Assembly: GCA_012295275.1 (NCBI GenBank)
Contig: CM022668.1
Span: 6,510,001-6,574,000 of the forward strand
Length of the DNA: 64,000 nucleotides
Origin: Chrysomallon squamiferum
Taxonomy: Eukaryota > Animalia > Mollusca
Direction: 5' to 3'
Position numbers and translations under genes: made by a program. Of this stretch, positions 1 through 51,300 are shown one piece after another. Numbering within the stretch: the first letter of the stretch is position 1; each line of letters starts with the position of its first letter. A model generated the notes under the pieces. It searched no databases. It was not told where the DNA came from and was given only the letters and a program-made list of their open reading frames with translations.

Positions 1-8756
<8,756 letters not shown>

Positions 8757-8938
8757 GTGCAAACCCTCCCCCTCCCCCTCCAAAACATAACAAACAATAA
8801 GTCTCAGGTCAAAAAAAAACCAGGCTTTAAAATTATAGTGCTACAATTTAAAAATAATAATAATAATATTTATTTTATAGACTGAATTATTAGACAAAAT
8901 ATTTTAGTTTATGTAAAAATATCAAATTCAAATGTGAT

Positions 8939-8969
<31 letters not shown>

Positions 8970-10852
8970 GTAAAAAAAATTGTCCAGACAATCCAGGTGT
9001 TTCTGTTTAACATGGTTTTTACAAAGTTTACAAAATGTGGTCACTATGTAAAGGTGCTTATGAAAATTTTAGGTGTTTTTGTACGTTTGTACATCTGGAA
9101 TTAGTTTGAAAAGTGTGAAATACGGTCAATGCTTTTGTACTGTTAAGAGGTGAACAGTATAAAGTGTTAAAATGATTCTTTTAAAAAGTGGCCAGTATGT
9201 TTGGTATATATACAGGTGTCCATACAATTCAGGATTGCTTTTACAATACGACGAATAATTCTTTTTCCCAAATATGGCGTTATGTACATTATACAAAGGT
9301 GTACACTGTGTGCAGGTGTATGGAATAATGAAGTGTATGTTGTATAGAAAAGTTTTTGTTACAGTTTATTTAGGTACTAAGTCAAGTATGTATATGTTTT
9401 GTGTTAAACAAATTATGCAGCTATGGTTGCATGATATTTGAGATAAAGCCAATATTAATTCTTAAATAAAATAATAAATTATTATTTTTTATTAAAAATG
9501 TGTCTTTATTATAAAAATTAAATAATTGTGTTTAATGTAAGTTCATTAAAAAAAAAATGAAGATTAAATATCTAGTAGAAAAATAAGTAATATAAAGGGT
9601 GAATCTATAAAAGGGAAATAGATTATTTTAATACTGGCTATCTCAAAGGTGAATTAATTATATCTAAAGGATGGATATCTTAAACTAATATATTTACCCT
9701 TTAATTATATTTAGGGTAAACATTTTTTAGATGTATACATATATCAATAAAATAAATTACGTTAATGTTAGATATCTCTAAAGTGAATTAATTATATTTA
9801 ACGGTAAATTTCAGTGAATGGTTATATTTACCCTTAAAAAATATTATGGGTATCAAATATATTTAGGGACATAAATAAAGTTAAGGGTAACAGGGTAATT
9901 CATGATATTAAGGGTATGTACCAAAAGGAAATAAATAATATTTTTATAGGGAAATTAAATATATTGAGGGTAAATATATTAAAGTGAATGTGTTTATGGT
10001 GTATAGTAAAATGAATTATATTAAGATATACCACTTAGTAAAATTAGTTATATGTAGAGCATATCTCAGTGAAATCAGTTATATTAAGGTTAGTTATTTT
10101 AAATTGAAATACAGAATATCAAGACTGGAAATAAATAATTTTAGGAATAGCAAGTAAATAAATGTATGTTGAAACATTCAGTAGAATTTTAAATTTTTAT
10201 TAATTTTGTTTTATTTTTGTATTGACATATCTGTTTATCTATTTAATTTGTTTTCATTTTTTTTTTTTTTTCAACAAACCTTTGTAAAACCCCATTTTTT
10301 TTTTTTTTTTATAAATAACAAAGTCAGTTGTCAATTTTTTTATGTAGATGTGTTTGGTGTTGATGAATAAAATACAGTTATACAAATTAAACATTTTTAA
10401 AGAAAATAATGAGAAGTGAAATTTTTTTATATTAAAGCTACAAGAAAATATCAAATGTATTCTTTATGTAATTTCAGTTACATATCCTTTGGTTCATATC
10501 ACATTTTAATCAAAATTTAATTTACAGTATTAATTTTACGTGTATATATAATATTTTAAAAATCAGGACATTTAAATAGTTATTCTAAAATAAGGTGTTC
10601 AGATATTTATTTTATGATCAAGTCATTTAAATGTTTATTTTACAAAATTTATGTAATTTTAGTATTGTAATCATAATTGTTTTGTTGTGAATGTGGACAG
10701 AACAATTGTTTCAAAATTTTCTTTACCAGCCAGTGTTATATAATAATTTTACATATTTGGTTTTTTTGTGTAACTGTAAAGTCTTATAATGTGACTGTGG
10801 GCCTTAAACTTGAGTCTGTTTGCATCGAAAAGAACCTTGTACTTTGAACAAT

Positions 10853-11188
10853 AGAGGCATGTCATTAGTTGTTAAGGAATATAGTAGTATTGTTGTTTGT
10901 CCTAGAGGTATGTAAGATATCATTAGTCTTTAAGGAATATAGGATTATTGTTAGTCTTTAAGGAATATAGGCTTGATGTTAGTCCTTAAGGAATGTAGGT
11001 TTATCATTAGTCCTTAAGGAATGTAGGTTTATCATTAATCTTTAAAGAATGCAGTTTGTTAGTCCTTAAGGAATATAGGTTTGTTGTTAGTCCTTAAGGC
11101 ATATGGCACTGTTGTTAGTCTGTGAAGAATATAGGATTGTTGTTAATCATTAAGGAATATAGGCTTATCATTAATCCATAAGGAATAC
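10853..11188. repeat. 28-bp degenerate minisatellite, about 12 units
   Basis: Consensus TTAGTCCTTAAGGAATATAGGNTTRTYR with palindromic core TCCTTAAGGA. Confidence 0.85.
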
Positions 11189-12730
11189 ATCTTAAAATAG
11201 ACCGGTATTAAGAAATTAAAAAATATATGCCATAAACATATGTTACAGTCTGTTATGGAATAAACAGTGGGATATAACAGGAGTATCGTAATTAACAAAA
11301 TTGCTCAAAGTTATTTTATTGTCATAAATTATTAAATTTCTGATGGTTACATTTAAGATTTATTTTAACATTAAAATATTTTAAAATGTCATTATTATGA
11401 ATTTTCTGATGTTTATTCAGTTCCAGAGTAGAGTTAAACAAAAGTTGATTATGGATGAATACAATTAAAATTAAACTGAAATATGAAGTTAAAACATAGT
11501 TGATGCTTGTTTTTGTATTTTGGTTATAAGGTTTATATAACTAAAGTCAGATATATAATTATATATACATCAGCTATTTTAGTTTTTATCTTTTGACTGT
11601 TAACAAGTAATTGAAAATTACATTAATAGGTGTCATTAATAAAGAGATGATCCATGTAAGTATTTAATATACTACAAATATTTTTTAATTATATTTTTAT
11701 TTTTTTAAATCTTTTGATTGTTAACAAAGAATTAAAAATTACTTTAATGATGTCATTACAGAATTGACTATCAAAATTTGTCATTTCTATTTTAATATTG
11801 TGCCTTGATTTTCACATCATAATTTAGCTACTAGAACAAATCTTTATTGTAATATAGCTTCCATAATAAAATTTTGTATAAGGTTCATAATATTTAAATT
11901 AATTTATCCGAAACTGTTTTATAGTATTTAAATTTCAGAAAATCCAATTCTGTTTGAAATTTATACTACATGAATCTTTAAATTCTATTCTGACATCTTT
12001 TATTAATAAATAATAGTACTAACAGCAATAATAATAATAAATACATATTTTAATATATTTACAGATGTTTGCATAACAAAACAAAGTGCTAATGTAAATC
12101 ATTTTATTTTATTTTTTTATTTTTTATTTTTTTACTTTATATATTAAAATGTCAGATTTTGTTAAATATAATTTTTGTATCAAAATTTAAGTTATATAAC
12201 ATATTTTTAACTGATTTTTTAATATTTACTACAACTACAACTACTACTACTATTATTATTATTATTATTTTTTATTATATTATATTATTATTACTATTAA
12301 ATGTAATTATTTTTTTGTTTTAATTGTTCCTAATATTTACACTAGACTAGAGGGTATGTTTAGTTCTGAATTATCTGAAATGAACTGACAGGGTGAAAGG
12401 TCATTGACCCAGATCTCAGTATTATTATTTATATATCAAATCTGTTTTGTTATTTTTGTATTTTTAGTTAAAAGAATCTCTTTTTAAATATTTCTTGAAT
12501 TTTCATTTGAAAATGCATTCTGCTGTAAATAGATTTGTATATATTTGTATATAAAACTGGACAAATTGGTGTATATATTCGTACATTGTGTTATATATTT
12601 ATATCTATCTGTATCTTTAAACTGTTTAATTTTTGAAATTGTAAATATTTTATTCAGAAAATAAATATAATAATGGAAGGATAATTGGATGTGGGTTAGT
12701 GAAATATATTTTATTTTATTCTTATAGATC

Positions 12731-12779
<49 letters not shown>

Positions 12780-15700
12780 GGAAATTTATTTTTGAGTGTT
12801 ATCTGACTGCAGCAGCTGAAATTAAAAATATGCAAAATAATCCATTTAGATTTATAGGCAATAGTTAAATGTATAATACTGATTTTTATTTTTATTTTTA
12901 TTTATTTATTTATTTATTATTTATTTTTATTATTTTATTAGTATTTGTTTTGTTGTTCTGCTGAGTACAAATATTACATACTTGAATAAAATTGTAATTT
13001 GAATTTTTTTCCTGTATAATTATGTATATTTATAGGTGTTGATGGAAGTATGAATGTACTTGTATATAAATTATTAATGTAATTCCTTAATAAAAATAAT
13101 ATTGAATATTTAGACTTGTATAATTTTATTTAAAGATTCATTTTATTTATTTTTTAATTTTTTTATTTTCTTAGAGAATTTATTCATGGCAGCTGATAGT
13201 AAAAAGAAAATTATAATTATTTAAAAAAACAACAAAAAAAAAACACCCATATATATTAATAAAATAAATGCTAGTATGCAAAAAATTCCTTTTTAGTAAA
13301 TTTTTAACATTTTCTAAAAGTTATTATATATTTAAAATCCATTCATTTTAGTTTTATTACATGATTTAAAACATTAATAAATTTATTTATTTGAAAGATA
13401 CATCATTCTTCCATGAAAGAGTACCAAATTTTTATTATTATTAAAATATTTATAAATATTTACTTCCTTTCGTATTACAAAATACAAGCTTTAAAAATAA
13501 TAATACATATCTTGATATTGTATTAAACACATTTTGTTGCAATATCTTTTTAACTTGATTATCAAAACAGCTTTCCAATTCTTGATTTGTGATACTCTTT
13601 ATGTAAATATAGTTTTAGTATACTTGAGTTCACTCAACAGACATCAGGGATTCTGCCAGACAAATTACTGGGTTCAGAATTTGTTAAATTTCTGTCCATA
13701 CATATGAGAGGTGGGGGAAATTTTAAAAATGAAACAGCAAAATTTTAAACTGAAATTGGATCTAGTTTCAGGTAATAGTTTAATATGAATTTATATCAAT
13801 ATCAACAGTTTTGTGATTCCAGTATATGGCTGAAATGTATTTTCATTAAAAATCTTATTAATTTAATAATAATAATTTAATGATACTAATAATAATAACA
13901 ATAATAACAATAATAATATTTATGAGAATAATAATAATAGTAGTAGTAGTAGTAGTAGCAGATATAGTAATAATAATAATAATAATAAAAAATAATAAGA
14001 AAAAACCAACAAATTGCTAATTTAAAAAAAATATTTTATAGTCATCAGAAGCTGATGAAATCGTTCTGTTAAACTTTAAATGAATATTTTTGGTTAACAT
14101 AACTTTACCCTTTTTTCCTGCTGGCAGAAACTCTGGCTGTGTTGTAAATAGCTGTATATTTGTACTTACACTGTTACTGTGGCTGTACATAGTGTATAAA
14201 CAAAGGTATTTATATCTGTGTTTTGTTAATAGGTTGTTAATCCACTTAGACATTTCAATTTTTTTGTCCAAAATGTCTTTGTTATTACAATGTCATCGTG
14301 GTTAACTAAAAAATAACAGTAATAAACAGTAAGTAAAATATCTAATGAATTTGTTTGTTGTTATATCAGAGTGCTTGTTTTGTGTGTTCTGTGGCAGATC
14401 TGTTATTGACAGGACAGTGAAACTTTTTTGTGTGTTTGTTTTTAAAACATTTAAGAATAGGACTCATTCTTTACATTAGGAGTGAAAGCAGATTGCCCAA
14501 AACAATAAAATAATAACTTATAAGTATAAAGAATTGTTTTTAAATGATTTACTCAAAGTACAACAGGTAGACTTTGTCACTCTAAGCATCATCTACTACA
14601 TCTACAATCACTTCATATCTAATGGTTTTTTTTTTTTTTTTATTTAATTTAATTTATTTATTTATTATTATTATTTTCTTTTTTATTATTATTTTTTTAA
14701 TTTATTTTATTATATTCTTTTTTTTTTTTTTTTTTTTTTTTTTTCTGTCATCTGATCTGAATTACCAGAATTTATAAAGCATAACAAAATAATGGTTTAA
14801 AATTATGTGGATGCTGCAATTTTTCATAGGAATGACAACTGTGTTCTTAGTATTATTTACAGGTAAAATGAATTATGTTCCTTACAGGGTAGATCAATTA
14901 GATATAGCTTCTTTTAGTGTTGTTAAAAATACCCAGCTGTTAATTATAAAGTGGAAAAATAGCAGTGCTCAAATGTCTAGTAAAAAATATTATTTTACTG
15001 AACAACCTTCACAAACAGATGTGTATTGCATTTAATCAGACCAATCATTCATCTCAAACTAGAATTTTTAAAACCTGCCTTTGTGTAAGATGATAAGTGA
15101 TGATGCACAAACTGAAGTCTGAGTCTTCAATATATCAAATTAAAAAAAAAAAATATAAAAAAAAAAAAAAATAAAAAAATCAGTGGCTTTCATTTAGTGA
15201 CTGCATTTTTGATGTTTACTTGTGACATTAACACTTACAATTCAGTTTCTTCTGAGGTGAATACCAATAAATACAGATAAACATTTGCACTGGAAGTTCA
15301 GTGAAATGTTATTTGATGATAAATACTATTTACTCTTGCCCATCTTTAGCAGTCAAAACCATCAACTTAAAATGCTGTGGATCTAATTTTTTAGAGTGGG
15401 GCTCTGAATATGATTTAAAGAAAGAAAGAAAAAAGAAAAAAAGAAAAGTAAAATAAATAAATATGTAAGAAAATAACTAAATAGTTAAAAGTAAATAAAT
15501 AAGTATATGAATAAATAAATAAATGAAAAAAATGTATACGAATCAAATAAGTACAAAAGTATGTATGTGAATTAGTAAATAAAAAGAAACAAAATAAGTG
15601 AGGATAATGCAATTGTGGAGAAAAAAGTGAAGTCTGATTTTGAAAGGATTTATTAATTTTTATATTGCACAGTTAGACATGTATTACAATCTTTACACAA

Positions 15701-15809
15701 TGCTTTTATGTTAAGTAATATCTTGTTATGAGCAAAAATGAGGTGGGGAAAAACAATGAAAGCAACAACATAAAGAAAAAAGAAGTAGAAAACAATAATC
15801 TTGTTCATT

Positions 15810-15854
<45 letters not shown>

Positions 15855-16473
15855 GATCAGTCAATAAATTTTAAAAATCCTTTTTAAATATTAATTAATT
15901 TTTCACTTAAATAACAGTGAACACACATAATGCATTTACCAGAAAAGTAATGAATTAGGGTTAATTTTGATATTTAATCATGATTTAGTGTCAAAATAAA
16001 TATTATCAGTTTAATAAATCATTTACTTAAACTTTACATAATTTCAAAATAGTTTCAAAACAGTAAAAGTTGGTTAATCCTCTTTGAAAGAACTGGCAAC
16101 CAATGACTGAATTTTTTTTTTTTGTTTACTACATTTTCTTTTAGACAGTCAAATATTTTCTCATTCCTTCATCTCTCTTTTACCTGTTTTTCTTACATTC
16201 ATCCATCTTTCTTTGTTTCTCTTTCATCTGTCTCAATGCAGCACACACACAGACACATGCGCACACACACACACACACAAAACAGTCTCACAAGAGCAGT
16301 TTTTGTTTATTTTTTCTTCCTTGAGTTGAACAGAATTCAACACCAAACATTGCAGTTATACTTGTCTTTTATAGATGTAATCCAATCCATTTGTACCAAA
16401 CAAACTGTTATATTAATAATAATAATAGTAGTAGTAGTAATAATAATAATAATAATAATATAATAATAATAAT

Positions 16474-16505
<32 letters not shown>

Positions 16506-16507
16506 TA

Positions 16508-16571
<64 letters not shown>

Positions 16572-16669
16572 ACAAAACAATGGGTTCTTTTTGTTCCATT
16601 TTAACAAATACTGGCATCATCATATTATCAACAAACTGTCTGTCTGTCTGTTCATCTGTTTCATTGACA

Positions 16670-44916
<28,247 letters not shown>

Positions 44917-45654
44917 TCTTCGTTTATCTGTTGTATTTTCCTCCCATATGCGTACAAAAATCTGTGATATTTTGGTATGTATCCTAAGTATACGTTTATT
45001 ATACGTTTGGTTATTATCTCTTTTTCCGATAATGATGCAGAACATAAATCTTAATATCGAATAAAATGTGATTTTACAAGTGTGCATTATTTTCGGAGGG
45101 TTTTGAGATAATGATGCAGAACATAAATCTTAATATCGAATAAAATGTGATTTTTTAAGCGTGCATTACTTTCGGAGGGTTTTGAGATCGCATCTCCGAT
45201 CTTTCTTTTTCCCAAGAGTTGTTTGGCGAGGTATATGACCAGAGGTGTATGAGGACCCTTTTTGGTTAAAGGAGGCATAGTGTTTAATTTTCCCGAAATG
45301 CCACAAAAATGAAAATACAGGTACACATTTCTTCATGCTCTACCCAAATATGGATGAGGGTTGGGTGGTGAATTGGAGTTATTGCCCAAGCTTCGTTGAG
45401 TTGTACACCCATGTATTGATGTAAATGACAATTATTGCGTCTTGTTTTCTAACAAATATATATATTTTTTTCACTTTAGAGAAGATGTGTGGATGTGACT
45501 GAACTGGTTATGTATGTCTGCGCAAACATACCTACGTATGTCCCAGGTCATTGCTGCCTTACGTATTAAGATATTTTTACAACGCCACCTTCTGTACGGA
45601 TGTTGACATCACAACTGTTTTGACGTCATAACCAATTTCGGTCAAAGCAAAATC
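44917..45654. promoter_or_regulatory. Divergent (probably bidirectional) promoter/5' UTR region between VPS8 and the LRR-death-domain gene
   Basis: Start codons are 739 bp apart on opposite strands; CpG-richer than the VPS8 body; perfect CRE palindrome TGACGTCA at 45621-45628, CRE-like TGACATCA at 45604-45611, CCAAT at 45632-45636. Confidence 0.6.
45028..45188. repeat. Two-copy 79-bp tandem duplication just upstream of the VPS8 ATG
   Basis: GATAATGATGCAGAACATAAATCTTAATATCGAATAAAATGTGATTTT... starts at 45028 and 45107; 4 mismatches between copies. Confidence 0.92.
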
Positions 45655-46524
45655 ATGTCTGGCAGCGATGATCTTTCCGAAACCCGAAGTAATGCACCAC
45701 CTTTCGATGACTCCTTCGAAGAAAAATCAGGTAAATATAAATTGTATTTTAAATGAGTTAAGAACATATTTGCAAATTTTCAGTTTTATTCCTGACATGA
45801 ATATAGAGAAAACAAACGCCTTTGCATTTTCTTCGGATGTCAAAAATAGTAGATGACGCATTTTGATTTTGAATTACGTCATTCAACAGGATAGCAAGAA
45901 TGAATATTTTGGTGGGGTGGGGATAATAATGCATGTATAATTGTATAAATGTATGTATGTATATAGTTATGTAATGTATGTGTGTCTAGGTATCACTTTC
46001 TGTATGTGTGTGTGTGTGTGTGTGTGCTGTATGTGTATACCATACACAAGATAAGACTAAATCAATTTTTATACTTTCGAGCATAGACTAAAATATAGTT
46101 TTCGAGGTAGGAACTATATTTACCTCGATAAATTGCTTCTTACACAGATTTTAAAATACCATTTTGAAAAGGCTTTTCATTTAAAAAAAAAAAAAAAAAA
46201 AAATTGTTCTACTTTATTATGATATATAAGTTTTGTTCACGACAACAAAATGAATGCGCGTAAACCTACAATTCACTAGAGCGGTGAGTTGAAAAATAAA
46301 ACAGTTAATACCATTTAGTTTTTATGTTATTTAGGATTGCTGGATAAAAGAAATAACTGTTTTTTTGTCGTAAGATTTTAGCTTAAGCTGCTCAGGTCCG
46401 TTGTAGCTTCGGGCCATTGTAACCCTTGCAGTAAAGTGTTATTCCCTACACAAACATGTTTATGTGTTAATATTAACCCTATCTATGTATATACGATTAA
46501 TCTCTGTGCGCAGATATGTATATA

Positions 46525-46555
<31 letters not shown>

Positions 46556-46930
46556 ATGTATGTCTGTATGCATACGTACAAACGTACATACATACGTGCA
46601 TACACACACACACACACACACACACAGACACACGTATATGAAGGAAAGTAGGTAAGTAAGAAAAGATAATGTACTACATAAACGAATTTCTGTTCTACAT
46701 GAATGATCCTAATTAGACCGTACATACCAAATGAACTGCGAAACTGAGTTAAAAGTCCTGTATACATATTCAAACACACACACACACACACAAACACACA
46801 TAATAAACATATATATACATACATATACACACATACATAATAAACATACACACATACAAACACACATACATAATATATATACACACACATACATAGTCAA
46901 ATATGTACACATGCATACCTATATGCATGC

Positions 46931-46988
<58 letters not shown>

Positions 46989-47052
46989 GCATGGACAAGC
47001 ATGTATACACAGAGGAATAAAGACAGAGCGGTACACTGATATACTTGTACAC

Positions 47053-47123
<71 letters not shown>

Positions 47124-47969
47124 AGAGAAGAAACACAAAAAAAAAAAAAAAAAAGATAGAAGAATAAAAAAGATATAGGAGCACACGAAACAACACGTCA
47201 GACAGTTTCTATTAGATTATGTACGGTAGAGATTTTATTGCACCTACCAACATGTATAGCGTCGCTGGCAACGTACATTAGGTTAACGGGTCAGCGAATA
47301 TTGAGTGACAGGATTAGCGGGGTCAAACGTAATTAAAGTTATGGGAATTCACAACTACCTATTGCCAGGTAAGTTAATTTCTTAAGTAGAAATTAAGAGC
47401 TTAATTTAAATAATTATTGTATCTTTAAAGTGGTGCTCTTCAAAGTTAATAGTTAGAGGAAAGCAAAAGTTGAATTGCGATCTTGGTTAGAGTGACAGAC
47501 AGAGAAATACCGCACACGGTGCAAAACAAGATTAAACTACGCGATAGACGCGGATTCGATCGTAAACGTAATTCGACAGAATTCTCGTGAGAAAGACTGC
47601 ACGCGTTTTACGGGGCGGGTTAACTTGGTGCGTGTTTTGATGTGACGAGGGACGGGGGAGTGTTTTGGGGGTGTGGTAGAAGTATATGTTTGGGTGAATG
47701 TGCATGTACATATGTATGCATATGCAGGTACTTGTAGGTTTTGCATGTATGTATGTATGGATTTACGTATGAATGTATGTATGTACGAATGCATATATTT
47801 TTGCGTGTGTTAATGCATGCATGACTCGTACGTTAAATATGTTTGATAACGGGCGTTAAATTTCATTATCTCTATTATACTTTATAAAATACGCATGTCT
47901 AATACGTAATGACAGCTGTATTCTTCTGTTCGATTTTGATTAAGATTGGACAGAGGAAAGAAAAAAACG

Positions 47970-48032
<63 letters not shown>

Positions 48033-48213
48033 GTTGTCACTAACGTGTAGATTTATACAGAATATTATAATTTATTTACTATCATTATCATTACAAGTGA
48101 ATGTGTATGTATTATTTCTGTACAACGAAATGAAACTTCTAGTAATAGCATTCAGCAGGTTTTTTTTCTTTCTTAGTTTATTCTTTCTTCTTCTTCTTAA
48201 TGTCTATTATTAT

Positions 48214-48248
<35 letters not shown>

Positions 48249-48357
48249 TTCTACTACTACTACGATTATTATATTTATTATTTTTAGTTATTGTTTGGTT
48301 CTTGTTATTATCATTATTATGTTTATTATTATATTTATTACTTTTATTATAATGATG

Positions 48358-48396
<39 letters not shown>

Positions 48397-51300
48397 ATGA
48401 TTATTATTACTATTATTATTATTATAATTACTATTTTTATTATTACTATTATTATTATTATTATTATTATTAATATTATTATTATTATTATTACTATTAC
48501 TATTATTATTATTATAATGATGATTATTATTACTATTATTATTATTATTATTACTATTATTATTATTATTATTACTATTATTATTATTATTAATATTACT
48601 ATTATTATTATTATTATTATTACTATTATTATTATTATTATTACTATTACTATTATTATTATTATTATTATTATTTATCTTCCTTTGCTTAGTGTTAAGC
48701 GAACAGGTGTTCGAGGACAAAAAGTCAGAAAATGAAGAAAACGAGGAAAACGAAGAAACTGAAGAAGAACCCGAAACGCTGGAGCTGGAGGATCTCAGCT
48801 CGTACATGTTCGCCCACGGGGAGAGAGTCAGCCTGGACCTCAGCTATCTCAATCTGAAAAAAATACCCGACAAGGTATTTGAGCAGGAACACATCACGTA
48901 TCTATTTTTAGCCAACAACGCCATTACAACTATTCCGGACGAGATATCGAGCCTCGTAAACTTGGAGATCTTCATCGTTTGCGACAACAGCATCACGTCA
49001 ATACCCAGGCCAGTCTACTCTCTGCCAAAACTTCAGATCCTCGACGTGTCCAACAACGACATCGACGTCATATCCTCCGAGATATGCGGTCTGTCCAAAC
49101 TGAAGCAGTTCGTTGCCAATGGAAACAGGCTGTCGGAGGTTCCGTCTTCGATCGGTTACATGACTGACATGATCATCCTTTGTCTCAACGAGAACAAACT
49201 GAAATTCCTGCCAGAGTCGTTTGGAAATCTGAGGAAGCTACAAGTGCTTGGTCTAGAGAGAAACCTACTGGAGTTCCTCAACCCGGAGCTGTGTAAGATC
49301 GAGACTCTGAAACGTCTGGGCATTTCCGGCAACCACATGAACTGTCTTCCCAGAGAGTTCGAGAACCTAGTCAACCTCGAGCACCTTCTGGCAGACGACA
49401 ATGATTTCGAGTTCATTCCTATCCAGATTTTCTGGCTTGACAAACTGCAGGAGCTTTGCTTCTCAGGGAACCGTTTGACGCAGATTCAGCCAGAAATATC
49501 TCGCTTGAACAGTCTGAAAATTCTTGGAATGAACAATAACAGGCTGACCTCAATTCCAGTCGAAATCAGTCAGCTGCGGTCGCTGGAAATCCTCGGCTTG
49601 GAGAACAACAGAATCACTCGAATTCCGGAGGACATCGCTGAACTTTTCAACCTGAAGGAAATGTATCTAGGAAACAACGAAATCAGGAGTGTTCCCGATG
49701 GTCTTTGCTGGTGCTCCAACGTCAAAGTTCTCAGCCTGCAGAAGAACAAAGTGTCGCATTTGCCCATCGAGCTGTCCAATTTAAAACAACTCCACACGAT
49801 GAATCTGGATGACAACAGCTTCAACGAGCTGCCGCCCATGATCAGTTCCATGTTCGGACTCAAGTATCTGTCCCTGACGAAAAACAACGTGGGCGTAATT
49901 CCAGACGAGTTTGGCGCTCTGCATGGAATGACCGATCTCTATCTCAGCAACTGCGGCCTGTCAGAATTTCCTCAGACCATCTGTCTCATGAAGAAGCTCG
50001 AGGTTCTTGACCTGTCGGAGAACTCCATCGCCGAGCTGCCGGCAGACATCGAGAAGCTGACTCACCTCCAGGTTCTCAATCTGAAAGGCAACAAGCTGAA
50101 ATGTTTCATCCCCGAGCTGTGCACGCTTTCAACTCTCCGAGTGGCCGATTTTTCCGACAATCTTCTCACGGAGCTTCCCGAGGACGTCTGCGACTTACTG
50201 AGTCTGAAGGAGATCGATCTGTCCAATAACGAGTTTATGGAGTTCCCCAGACCAATCTGCTCCGTGCCCAATCTGGAGAAGCTCAAGTTCGACCAGTTCA
50301 GCGGGACGAAGATCAACTGTCTGCCGGACGAGATTGAGTTTTCGAAGATATCCAAACTAATCGTGTCCAACAACATCATGTCCGTGCTGCCGGAAACCAT
50401 ATCGGGAATGCGACATCTGCGCTGTCTCATCGCCGACCACAACGAACTGGAGTACCTGCCCGCGTGCCTCTGCGAGCTGGTCCACTTGCAAGTGCTCCAT
50501 CTCAACGACAATCTTCTCACGACTCTTCCGGAAAATTTCGATCGTCTGTGTAACCTGAAAGAGCTGTTTCTCCACAACAACCCGCTGAAAGCGCCCCCTA
50601 TTGACGTGTGTGTGGGCGGGGTTATGCAGCCCATTGGTCGTTTTATCAGACGTTCGATCGAAAGAGACGGTGAGTAAAAAAAAAGAAACTGATATTTTAT
50701 CATTACTATAATTATAAAGCGATGTTTACGAATACCTACATCTTACTGATATTAATTTCCCTTAATAAAATTAATGCTTGATTTTTTTTTTTTTTTTTTT
50801 TTTTAAATTATTTTTTATATATATAATGAAAAACTAATAACTTTTCCATTTCTTTTACTGTTTAACTTTTTATCACATCTGGAAGGGTTAATGAACGTGT
50901 TGTGCTATACAATTATAGGGAATGTTTCATAAATCCGATGGCAGATGAAACACCAAGGGGGTGGCAGGTTCTGTATAAATGCATGTAGGAGATTCTAATG
51001 AAATTGGAGATTCTAAAAATGTTAGTGGTTTAAATTTTTATTGTATATGTTTTGTCTGTCTGTCTGTAAGTCTGTCTTTCTGTCTGTCTGTTTGTCTGTA
51101 GGTGTGTATGTATGTAAGTATGTATGTCTCTTTCTTTGTATGTATTTAAAGGTACGAAAGTACATACGGATGTTGTACGTGTATGCGTGTATCTCTTCTC
51201 TCTCTCTTTCTCTCTCTCTCTCTAGATAGACAGATAGATAGATAGCCAGGGAGATAGATAGATGGATAGAAAGATAGATAGAGATAGATAGATATTCAGA

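Noticed and set aside
8990-10100. Faint periodicity (AGGTG-containing and AAGGGTAAATATAT-like units) after the NAGS stop
   Set aside because: Too degenerate to define a unit or element without computation.
45668-45856. ORF MIFPKPEV... as the first exon of the LRR gene
   Set aside because: Phase 0 at the 45730 donor would need the weaker AG at 48706; the upstream ATG 45655 is first, in better context and in phase with the pyrimidine-backed acceptor at 48692.
49156-50703. Antisense and alternate-frame ORFs over the LRR exon (also over the Kunitz exon and 51365-51688)
   Set aside because: Shadow ORFs expected from GC-rich coding sequence; no recognisable domains.
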